Source of the DNA: Armatimonadota bacterium
GTDB taxonomy: Bacteria > Armatimonadota > Zipacnadia > Zipacnadales > UBA5352
Length of the DNA stretch: 17,635 bases
Direction of reading: 5' to 3'
Assembly (NCBI GenBank): GCA_034722055.1
Contig: JAYENL010000318.1
Coordinates: forward strand, 1 to 17,635
How positions within the stretch are numbered: the first letter of the stretch is position 1; each line of letters begins with the position of its first letter. Shown one piece after another: positions 1 through 7,119 of the stretch. Both the position numbers and the translations under genes were made by a program. A model generated the notes under the pieces. That model was not told the origin of the DNA, made no database searches, and was given only the letters and a program-made list of their open reading frames with translations.

Positions 1-45
1 CTGGGCCTGCCACAACTGCGCGTCAGGGACGCAGCCTCAATCTGA
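1..45 (+). CDS. C-terminal end of the group II intron-encoded RT/maturase (partial)
   Basis: Frame 1 reads LGLPQLRVRDAASI-stop (TGA 43-45), ending just before domain V. LGLxxL is the usual end of maturase domain X in intron-encoded proteins lacking an endonuclease domain. Confidence 0.75.
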   Translation: MGLPQLRVRDAASI

Positions 46-47
46 TC

Positions 48-119
48 GAACCGCCGTGTACGGACCCGTACGCACGGTGGTGTGACAGGGACAGCCCGTG
101 AGGGCCTACCTATGTCAAT
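48..119 (+). ncRNA. Group II intron ribozyme domains V and VI
   Basis: The domain V and domain VI stems can be base-paired directly from the sequence. The branch-point A lies 8 nt from the 3' splice site. Confidence 0.92.
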
Positions 120-128
120 CTCAGGCGC

Positions 129-1595
129 CTAGACCGGCTCGACCTCTATCGCCATCGGCCGTGTCGGCTTTCGCGGGTTCTTCGTGAGCTGGAAGAGAAC
201 CTTTTCTCCGGGTACGGGCATCCTATCGTACTTCAGCCCAGTAATATGGAAGTAGATATCGGGCATGCCCGGTACCTGGATGTGTCCCCAGTCGCGGTCG
301 GCGCTGACCATCTTCACGGTCCCCTGATATCTGTTCGGCTGGCCCGCCGCGGCTCTCTGTTTCTTCTTCTCTCTGCACTCTGGGCATCGCTTGGGTGGGT
401 CAAAACCCTTGTCGCGATACCACTCCTGTTCACCAGCGGACCAAATGAAAGTGCGGCCGCACGCGCACGTGATCTCCTTGTCCACGAACTCGGGCTCGTC
501 TGCCGCCAGTCCAGATGCCCTCAAGCGCTGTAGCGAGTGTTTCGCAGACTCCGTCTGTGGATCAAGCGCCACTGCTTCCTCATATGCATTGAATGCGGCA
601 CCGGGCCGGCCTAGGCATTCCAGCACGACTCCCTTCCAGGCCAACAGGTTCGGAGACGTCGCGAAGTGCTCTGCCTGCTCGAGGAGCTTCAGCGCCTCGT
701 CGTATTTCTCTGTCTTGTAGAGCTTGATGCCCTCAGCCAGGAGACGTCTCGCCTTTGAGACGGGTGTCTGCTCTCTTTGCGCGCGTACCTTCTTCAGGTC
801 TGAGAGAAGCTGCTCAACCGTCTGATAGCGGTCCCGCTTGAAGGGCTGAAGGCACTTCGCTATGATGGACCGCGTTTCAGCGGGAGCGTGCTGAAGGTCA
901 GGGGGCTGCTGTACTGCGTCCGCCCAAGCCACATAGCCGGCGTCGGGCGAGAGACGATAGGGATGACTTCCGGCGAGGACAACGTACATGGTAACGCCGA
1001 GTGCCCAGATGTCCGTACGGTGATCAACCTTGCCGTACTGACCCGGCCGATAATGCTCGGGAGCCTGATACTCCAGCGTGGCCATCACCTGATCCAAAGG
1101 CAGCGTTGACCGACTGAGCCTGATTGCGGTACCGAAGTCCACCACCTTGGCGCGACCATTCTCCGTAAGAACAACGTTGTCAGGCTTTATGTCACCGTGG
1201 ACAACACCTACCTCGTGCGCACACCTGATCCCCTCGCACACGTCTATCAGTTGCCTGAGGCCCTCCTCAACGCCAAGCTTTCCTCCATGTCGGTCAAGAT
1301 ACTCCGACAGAGAGCCGCCGGTGACCAACTCCTGAGTGAAGTACGGTCTGCCCTCATGCTCTCCGGCGTCGAAGACCTCGGCGATATGGCTCTTGTCGGC
1401 GATCCTGGCCATAGCCTGCGCTTCGTTGATGAATTGCCGAGCTTCCTGCGGACTCGACGGGGGGACCTTGGGCATCTTGAGCAGACACTCGCGGCCGAGG
1501 AGGCCATCGCTGACGCGCCAGACCTCCGTGAAGAGGCCTCCGCGATACAGTTCGAGCAATTCATAGCGGTCCGCGATAACATCGCCCTTGTTCAA
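129..1595 (-). CDS. Hanks-type Ser/Thr protein kinase fused to TPR repeats, a zinc ribbon and a C-terminal cold-shock (CSD/OB) domain
   Basis: Kinase motifs are LLK, FINEA, HGDIKPDN, DFG, YQAPE, DIWALG and KRDRY. Two TPRs lie at about 523-753. DKEITCACGRTFIWSAGEQEWY..KGF..PKRCPECR (about 372-488) resembles the zf-trcl zinc ribbon. YQGTVK..DWGHI..DIYFH..GEKVLF (about 132-334) resembles a CSD. The start is set at TTG 1595, which overlaps the upstream TGA and follows a GAGGGAG RBS; the ORF track gives 1673. Confidence 0.9.
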   Translation of the reverse strand: MNKGDVIADRYELLELYRGGLFTEVWRVSDGLLGRECLLKMPKVPPSSPQEARQFINEAQAMARIADKSHIAEVFDAGEHEGRPYFTQELVTGGSLSEYLDRHGGKLGVEEGLRQLIDVCEGIRCAHEVGVVHGDIKPDNVVLTENGRAKVVDFGTAIRLSRSTLPLDQVMATLEYQAPEHYRPGQYGKVDHRTDIWALGVTMYVVLAGSHPYRLSPDAGYVAWADAVQQPPDLQHAPAETRSIIAKCLQPFKRDRYQTVEQLLSDLKKVRAQREQTPVSKARRLLAEGIKLYKTEKYDEALKLLEQAEHFATSPNLLAWKGVVLECLGRPGAAFNAYEEAVALDPQTESAKHSLQRLRASGLAADEPEFVDKEITCACGRTFIWSAGEQEWYRDKGFDPPKRCPECREKKKQRAAAGQPNRYQGTVKMVSADRDWGHIQVPGMPDIYFHITGLKYDRMPVPGEKVLFQLTKNPRKPTRPMAIEVEPV

Positions 1596-2902
1596 GGCCT
1601 GTTCGCTCCCTCTTCCTCTGCCGGCGGATGCTGAGCTCTCGCTACGTATAGCTTGCCTGAGACAATGAGCCATATGTTGTGGTCTGGATCAACAGCGATG
1701 CTATCTGGCGCAGAAGGAATGTCCGCGAAGACTGCATCTACTTGCTCTCGGGTCCGTCGAACGACAGCTTGCGACGCGTCGTCCCAGTAGGCGATGTAGT
1801 CGCTCGGTCCGGATGCGACCGAGACCCGTCCCAACAGCCGCCTTCCTGCGACGGCGCCACGAACAGCAATGACCATGATCTCCCCGTCCGGCTGAATAAC
1901 CATTATGCCCCCGATCGAGGATGCGCCGGCCAGTCGACTGCCATCGGCGACAGAAGCCACGTGCTCAAAACCACTGAGGGCCGGCGGAGAGCCCAAGGGT
2001 CGCGGTGCGGGCCACAACGTGATTTGCGCGGCGAACCACCCGGTGAGGATCCCAATGGTCAGCATGATGAAGCCCGAGGCGATCAGCCACAGCCACTGAC
2101 GGTGCAACGAGACCCCGCCTCTCGGGCCCTCTCTGCCTTCGGCCACCTCCCCACTCTCAGGCACCTCCGTCGGGGCCGCCTCACTGATCTCGAGGGCTAC
2201 CGCGGTGATGTTGTCCTGACTGCCGCGGCGAAGCGCCTCGTCCGCAAGTCCCTCAAGACGTTCTCTCAGCGGCTGGTCGAACCTCAGCCTCGCCGCGATC
2301 TCTCTGTCATTAAGACCCCCATTAGGAGCCAGACCATCCGTGCACAGCAGCACAACATCGCCGAGCCTCAACCGCTCACGGCCGCAGGACACCTTCGGGC
2401 AGTCCAGATAGCCGACAGCTTGCTGCAACGCGCCATCGCGGTCGCGCTGATCCTCGGTGAGCAGACGAATGTGCCCGTCGCGCAGAAGGTATAGCCGGCT
2501 GTCCCCGACATGGGAGAACTCAAGGACGTCCCCCTCAACTGCGACAGCCGTCAGCGTAGTCGCAGCGGCGCCTCCTACCTGCTCTCGCAGCTCCAAGACG
2601 GCCTCCTGGGCCTCCTGAAGAGCGGTGTCCAGTGCTTCGCGCCCATCAGCACACTCGGCCAGAAAAAGGTCGGCACATCCCTGTACTGCGCCGATCGCGT
2701 GCTCCGCGGCGGCCTCCCCAAATCTGCTACCACCAACGCCATCCGCTACAGCCGCCATCATGCGAGTCCCGTGTTCTGCTCCAACCTGTTGACTGACAAG
2801 ACAGCGATCCTCATTGGACCGCCGCCTGCCCGCACGGGAGACGCTGGCTGTCCGGATAATCAAGCGGGTCGCGGTCGTCTGCTCAGCAAGGTCCCTTACC
2901 AT
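1592..2902 (-). CDS. PP2C/PPM-family Ser/Thr phosphatase (PstP/Stp1-like) with a transmembrane helix and a C-terminal extracytoplasmic domain
   Basis: PPM motifs are GRRRSNEDR, VADGVGG, ATTL, HVGDSRLY, LTEDQ, LLCTDGL and GSQDNIT. A hydrophobic segment WLWLIASGFIMLTIGILTGWFAAQITLW follows. The start is placed at ATG 2902 after an AAGGTG RBS; the ORF track gives 2941. Confidence 0.92.
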   Translation of the reverse strand: MVRDLAEQTTATRLIIRTASVSRAGRRRSNEDRCLVSQQVGAEHGTRMMAAVADGVGGSRFGEAAAEHAIGAVQGCADLFLAECADGREALDTALQEAQEAVLELREQVGGAAATTLTAVAVEGDVLEFSHVGDSRLYLLRDGHIRLLTEDQRDRDGALQQAVGYLDCPKVSCGRERLRLGDVVLLCTDGLAPNGGLNDREIAARLRFDQPLRERLEGLADEALRRGSQDNITAVALEISEAAPTEVPESGEVAEGREGPRGGVSLHRQWLWLIASGFIMLTIGILTGWFAAQITLWPAPRPLGSPPALSGFEHVASVADGSRLAGASSIGGIMVIQPDGEIMVIAVRGAVAGRRLLGRVSVASGPSDYIAYWDDASQAVVRRTREQVDAVFADIPSAPDSIAVDPDHNIWLIVSGKLYVARAQHPPAEEEGANRP

Positions 2903-3016
2903 GTCACCTTGGTTCCCGACCTGCCCGGAGCGCAAGCACAAGCAGTACTATGCTTGCCCCGAGCAATGCGAGCCACAACAGTCCACCGAGCAAGTACTCG
3001 CTGAGAGCCATGCCGT

Positions 3017-4015
3017 TCATTCCTCGGAGTAGGTGAGTACGACCTCGCCACCGAGGACGAATTCATCGCCATCGCGCAGCCGGACTTCGCCGCGTTCGGA
3101 AACGTCGATCCTCTCCTCGGTGCGTTTCAGGAAGGTGCCGTTCCGGCTTCCCGTATCCCGAAGCCAGTAGCCTCCTGGTCCCGGTGCCACCTCTGCGTGC
3201 AGATTGGAGACATCAGCAGCGTAAGACGGTATTTGTATCTCACAGCTGGCATCCCTTCCGATTCGCCAGCTACGGTCGTTACTGAGCTGCTGCTCGATTG
3301 GTTCTGTCAGGCCGCTTGCGGATCGGAGCACGGCATTGACGGGCAGCAGTCTGTCGAACGTCAGCCGAACTGAACCAAGCTGGATCTCGTCCCCATATTG
3401 CAGCTTCGTGTCTGCAGAGACTCGTTCCGTATTGACCCACGTCCCGTTCGTGCTGCCGAGGTCCTCTATTCGGAAGTCGTGATGACCTACCATCCATATT
3501 CGCGCGTGTCTGCGTGAGACATCGCCGGAGGGGTTGGGTACAAGGACTACGTACTCCGTCGTCTCCATATCAAACGCCAACGCCGGTTCATTACTTCCTG
3601 CACACAGCTTGGTGTCTCCCGGTATCTCCACTCGGCTGTCGCCATCTTCGAAGAGCAGGGCTGCCTCGAGTCTGGGCTTGGTCGCACTTACGTCTCCCAG
3701 ATAGCCTTTGACATCCAACTCGTCGCTGTCTGAGATGCGTCGTATGTGTACTTCCAGCGGGCCAGCGAACTCGTACCCTTCCTCCTCTGCTCGATCCGTG
3801 AGGCGCTCTTTGATCTGTTCGACCGTTGGCAGTGCCTCATACTTCCTTTCTCCGGCGTGGATCACATAGATGCTATGAACGCGCTCGCCCCCGTACTTGT
3901 CGCTGCTGGCGATCATGGCGTCTTCAACAGCATTCATCACGGCTTGCCAGTTATCGTGATCGAAGATCTTGCGAAACTCCTCCCCAAACCGGCGGCTGAA
4001 GTCCCTGAGTGACAA
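3017..4015 (-). CDS. FhaA-like protein: N-terminal DUF3662-like domain plus two FHA domains
   Basis: FHA motifs are VSRRHARI...DLGSTNGTWVN and WRIGRD...VSNLHAEV...DTGSRNGTFL. The N-terminal LTDRAEEEGYEFAGPLEV resembles the FhaA N-domain. The TTG start has a strong AGGAGG RBS. Confidence 0.88.
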   Translation of the reverse strand: MSLRDFSRRFGEEFRKIFDHDNWQAVMNAVEDAMIASSDKYGGERVHSIYVIHAGERKYEALPTVEQIKERLTDRAEEEGYEFAGPLEVHIRRISDSDELDVKGYLGDVSATKPRLEAALLFEDGDSRVEIPGDTKLCAGSNEPALAFDMETTEYVVLVPNPSGDVSRRHARIWMVGHHDFRIEDLGSTNGTWVNTERVSADTKLQYGDEIQLGSVRLTFDRLLPVNAVLRSASGLTEPIEQQLSNDRSWRIGRDASCEIQIPSYAADVSNLHAEVAPGPGGYWLRDTGSRNGTFLKRTEERIDVSERGEVRLRDGDEFVLGGEVVLTYSEE

Positions 4016-4036
4016 GAAGCAACACCTCCTCCGGCT

Positions 4037-6766
4037 TCACTCGTCGCTTAGGGCGTTCTCGACCAGCCTGCGAGCAATCGGGCCGGCGCTCCGGCTGCCC
4101 CATCCCCCGTTCTCGACGATGACCGCGAAAGCTACCTCAGGCCTGCGGTACGGTGCGAAACCGGCAAACCAAGAGTGCGGCTGTAAGCCGGCCCCAAGCT
4201 GAGCCGTGCCTGTCTTCCCCGCTACGTCGTACCCCAGGCCGCTGAACACGCCGCGCCCCGTTCCTTCCTCCGCAGCGTTACGGAGCATGCCCGCGAGCGT
4301 GCGCGCCGTGTTCATTGACATCGCGCTTGTCATCGAGCTTCGTTCATCAGAGAGCCAGACCGGCTCGGGCATCTTGCCCCCGTTCGCTACCGCTGCCATG
4401 AAGCGCGCCATGAATAGCGGCGTTACCAGCAGATGTCCCTGACCGTAGCCGACATCGGGCAAGTTCTGAGCCAGTCTCATCCGATCCATGCCACGCTCCA
4501 ACCCCAGAGAGCTGTGGCAATAGGTCGCGATGGCATCGGGGCCAAGCTCCAGGGCAAGCTGGGCGAAATAGACATTGCAGGACACACGTAGGGCCTCGCC
4601 AAGGTCCACTCGGCCATGGGGCCTTTGCCCCTCGAGGTCGTGAATCCCTTCTCTTGCGAACCGGATACCATTGTACTCCCAGGTGGCCCTGGGTATCACG
4701 TGGCTGCAGTGGAACACAGGTGACAGACCGGACTCGAGAGCCGCAGCGGCCACGACCGGTTTGAACGCGGAACCCGGGGCGTAGAGCCCGTGAGTCGCTC
4801 GGTTAACCAGAGGGGCGTCCTCTTCGTCCACGCGCAGGCGGCACCACGTTTCATCGTTGAGCGCATTCGGATCGAATGAGGGCGCAGTCGCTGCCACAAG
4901 TACTTCACCAGTGCGGGAGTCTAGTAGGACGGCCGCTCCTGCGCCCGAACTGCTACGCCGAAGCAATTCATAAGCCTGCTGCTGCAAATCGGCGTCAATA
5001 GCGAGCTTGACTCGACGCGCGCCTGGCCGCCAACCTAGCGGCTTGCCGTAGCCGCGCAGCACGCGCAACCTATCTCTCGGATTACCAATCCCCGTGAGGC
5101 ACCTATCATGTGTCTTCTCAACTCCCTGCGGACCACCCAGACGCTGCGGCGCAACGTAGCCGACCACATGAACTGCTGCCGGTCCGTAGGGATAGACCCG
5201 CCCGCGACCATTGCTCTCTCGGGCCAGTGCTCTGCCGCGCCGATCGACAATGGGGGCCCGCTTGAGCCCTTGTGTAACGATGTGGAGTCGTGGGTTCGCC
5301 ACCGGCCGCGTAACACCGTCTGCCTGTGGACCGCGCCACGAACGGAGGGCGACCTCATCGGCACTCAGCGTTTGGAGATCGAGTGTGCGAGCCATGACAA
5401 TCACAAGGGCCCCGAGAAAGAGCCATCGCGTTACACGGATGCTACGCAGCCAATGATGATCGGTTGGCGCAGTTGAGCTTCGCCCAATGGAGATCAGCAC
5501 TCCCAGCGCGAGTCCAGTCGCCACGATCGAGGAGTTGCCGCGTGATACCAGTGGCAACGTGATACCGGTTAGTGGCAGCAGGCCCGTGTTCCCTGCCATG
5601 ATGACTATGGTCTGCAGGCCGACGGCGCATGATATGCCGTACGCGACCAAGCGGAGGAACCGAGACCGCTCACTTGCAGCGATCGCCAGTCCGCCGAGCA
5701 CAATAGCCGCAATGCCTGCGAAAAGTGCGGATGTGCCTGCCATCCCAAGCTGCTCAGCCACCGCTGCAAATGCCATGTCGTTCTCAGACCGCGCAACGAG
5801 CTCAGGCCAACCCCTGCCAGGCCCAAAACCGCGCACTCCGCCTGAGGCAATCGCCCAAAGGGACTGGGCTACATGCACGCCGTACGGGTGCGAACTCTCC
5901 CATGGTGTCAGCCACATGTCAATCCGTTCCGCGATCCTCGCGAACATGGTGTGACCGGCTGCGTAGTATGCGAGCCACCCAGCGCCGCCGACAATGCCGA
6001 AACTGGCCAGTGCCCAAGCCCAGACTCCCGTGTCTGCGGCAAGCATGGCCCCTGCAAGACCAACCAGCATGATTGGCGGGCCCAGGTCCCGTGCCAGGAG
6101 GAGCAAGCCGACTGTAGCGGCTACCCCCACGAGCAAAGGAAGGACAACAGGTCCGCGGGGAAGATGGATCAACCGACCTACGATGCGCCGAGGGCGCAGC
6201 GCTCGGAAACGGTTCCCGGCAAGAGCACAGTAGCCCGCCATGAATCCGATGACCAGGAGCCTGACGAACTCGGCCGGCTGAATGCCCATGAGCGCCAGCC
6301 TGGTACTCCCGGGTCCTGTGCCCGCTACAGCAAGAGCACCAACGATGAACACCGCGCCCAGCATCATCATCGGCCAGTAGTGAGTCCAGCGTGCGGTCAG
6401 CAGCCGAGCCCCCATGGCGCCCGCAATGATCGCAAGAGGAAGACCGGTAAAGAAGCTCCCCCGCAAGCTTACGGGGACCGAGGACATAAAGCGCGCCTGC
6501 ACTATCGCGCCGCACGCCATTACAGCCGTGGCACCGAGCAGCACGACCTGGCCTGATCTGTTGTCCTCCACAATCAGTTTGTTGTGGAGCGCTCCCAGCG
6601 CCACGACGCTTGCCAGTAGTCCCGCGATGCGCACCGAGTTGCCCGTCTCAGAGCCGTCCCACGCGAGGGCGACGCCACCGAGACAGACCAGCAGCAGAAT
6701 AACCCCAGTCGCCCTTTGGGTAGAGCGCCAGATGACCTCGTATCTGTCACCATATACTGGCTGCAA
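4037..6766 (-). CDS. SEDS glycosyltransferase (RodA/FtsW/SpoVE) fused to a class B penicillin-binding transpeptidase (PbpA-like)
   Basis: The N-terminal half is multi-TM with the SEDS motifs IQPAEF, RDLG, AIASGG..GFG, ENDMAFAAVAEQLG and PLTGITLPLVS. The C-terminal half has the transpeptidase motifs SxxK (PGSAFK), SxN (SCN) and KTG (GKTGTAQ), plus HSWF. It is one continuous 909-aa ORF. Confidence 0.93.
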   Translation of the reverse strand: MQPVYGDRYEVIWRSTQRATGVILLLVCLGGVALAWDGSETGNSVRIAGLLASVVALGALHNKLIVEDNRSGQVVLLGATAVMACGAIVQARFMSSVPVSLRGSFFTGLPLAIIAGAMGARLLTARWTHYWPMMMLGAVFIVGALAVAGTGPGSTRLALMGIQPAEFVRLLVIGFMAGYCALAGNRFRALRPRRIVGRLIHLPRGPVVLPLLVGVAATVGLLLLARDLGPPIMLVGLAGAMLAADTGVWAWALASFGIVGGAGWLAYYAAGHTMFARIAERIDMWLTPWESSHPYGVHVAQSLWAIASGGVRGFGPGRGWPELVARSENDMAFAAVAEQLGMAGTSALFAGIAAIVLGGLAIAASERSRFLRLVAYGISCAVGLQTIVIMAGNTGLLPLTGITLPLVSRGNSSIVATGLALGVLISIGRSSTAPTDHHWLRSIRVTRWLFLGALVIVMARTLDLQTLSADEVALRSWRGPQADGVTRPVANPRLHIVTQGLKRAPIVDRRGRALARESNGRGRVYPYGPAAVHVVGYVAPQRLGGPQGVEKTHDRCLTGIGNPRDRLRVLRGYGKPLGWRPGARRVKLAIDADLQQQAYELLRRSSSGAGAAVLLDSRTGEVLVAATAPSFDPNALNDETWCRLRVDEEDAPLVNRATHGLYAPGSAFKPVVAAAALESGLSPVFHCSHVIPRATWEYNGIRFAREGIHDLEGQRPHGRVDLGEALRVSCNVYFAQLALELGPDAIATYCHSSLGLERGMDRMRLAQNLPDVGYGQGHLLVTPLFMARFMAAVANGGKMPEPVWLSDERSSMTSAMSMNTARTLAGMLRNAAEEGTGRGVFSGLGYDVAGKTGTAQLGAGLQPHSWFAGFAPYRRPEVAFAVIVENGGWGSRSAGPIARRLVENALSDE

Positions 6767-7119
6767 GCTCCCGTCCCCCTGGTGCGTCGATCTCTCCTCG
6801 GCGGGTCGGATACGATGTCAGCCTGAGCCAGCTTGGCCGTCCTCTCAGGCAACGGCACAGGAAGGCTGGCCTTCTACACAGTGCTGCGGGTGTCATGCCG
6901 CCACTTTCGCCATGGCTTACGCACTCCCCTCTGCCGTTTCAGGTTCTCTCCACGCTGGATTGGCTGCAAAGCACGGCGTGCAGACGATGAGCACATGTCG
7001 CATGGTCACATGATGCGACTACTCGAAGCTTCGCCGTAAGAAGGTATGCTGCAGTAGACGGAGAATAGACCAGTGACACAGGGCACAACAGGGCTTAGGC
7101 CGCGCATCGGGGGACCACA
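6767..7119. promoter_or_regulatory. Divergent promoter region between the signalling operon and the cmr operon
   Basis: This is a 353-bp non-coding gap between head-to-head operons. There is a candidate -10 TATGCT at 7045-7050 (+) and an inverted repeat GTCGCAT-N9-ATGCGAC at 6997-7019. The promoter elements are not certain. Confidence 0.5.

Larger units (their letters stand above)
1..119 (+). mobile_element. Group II intron, 3' end (probably class IIC), truncated by the window edge
   Basis: Domain V at about 48-81 (GAACCGCCGTGTACG-GACC-CGTACGCACGGTGGT) has a short stem and the CGC catalytic triad typical of IIC. Domain VI at about 83-117 has a TGACA/TGTCA basal stem, a GCCC-GTGA-GGGC apical hairpin and a bulged A at 112. 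The intron ends in AT (AY) at 118-119. Confidence 0.93.

Noticed and set aside
129..760. CARF or SAVED sensor domain in the kinase tail
   Set aside because: The tail is fully accounted for by TPR, zinc ribbon and CSD-like motifs, and no CARF/SAVED pattern is visible. Any link to cyclic oligoadenylate is therefore hypothetical.
1596..1673. Longer kinase N-terminus from the ORF track (start 1673)
   Set aside because: It overlaps the PP2C gene by about 80 bp. TTG 1595 has an RBS and stop/start coupling and sits right before the kinase domain.
1679..2494. 271-aa plus-strand ORF and other long antisense or alternate-frame ORFs (e.g. 13853-14986 minus, 5873-6556 plus, 17003-17596 minus)
   Set aside because: They are shadow ORFs over well-supported genes in GC-rich DNA and have no recognisable motifs.
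2932..2957. Small hairpin (CAAGCA/TGCTTG) between the FHA and PP2C genes as a terminator
   Set aside because: The stem is only 6-7 bp and there is no U-tract, which is too weak to call.
6833..7039. 68-aa ORF in the divergent intergenic region
   Set aside because: It has no recognisable motif or convincing RBS and is more likely promoter DNA, although a small protein cannot be fully excluded.
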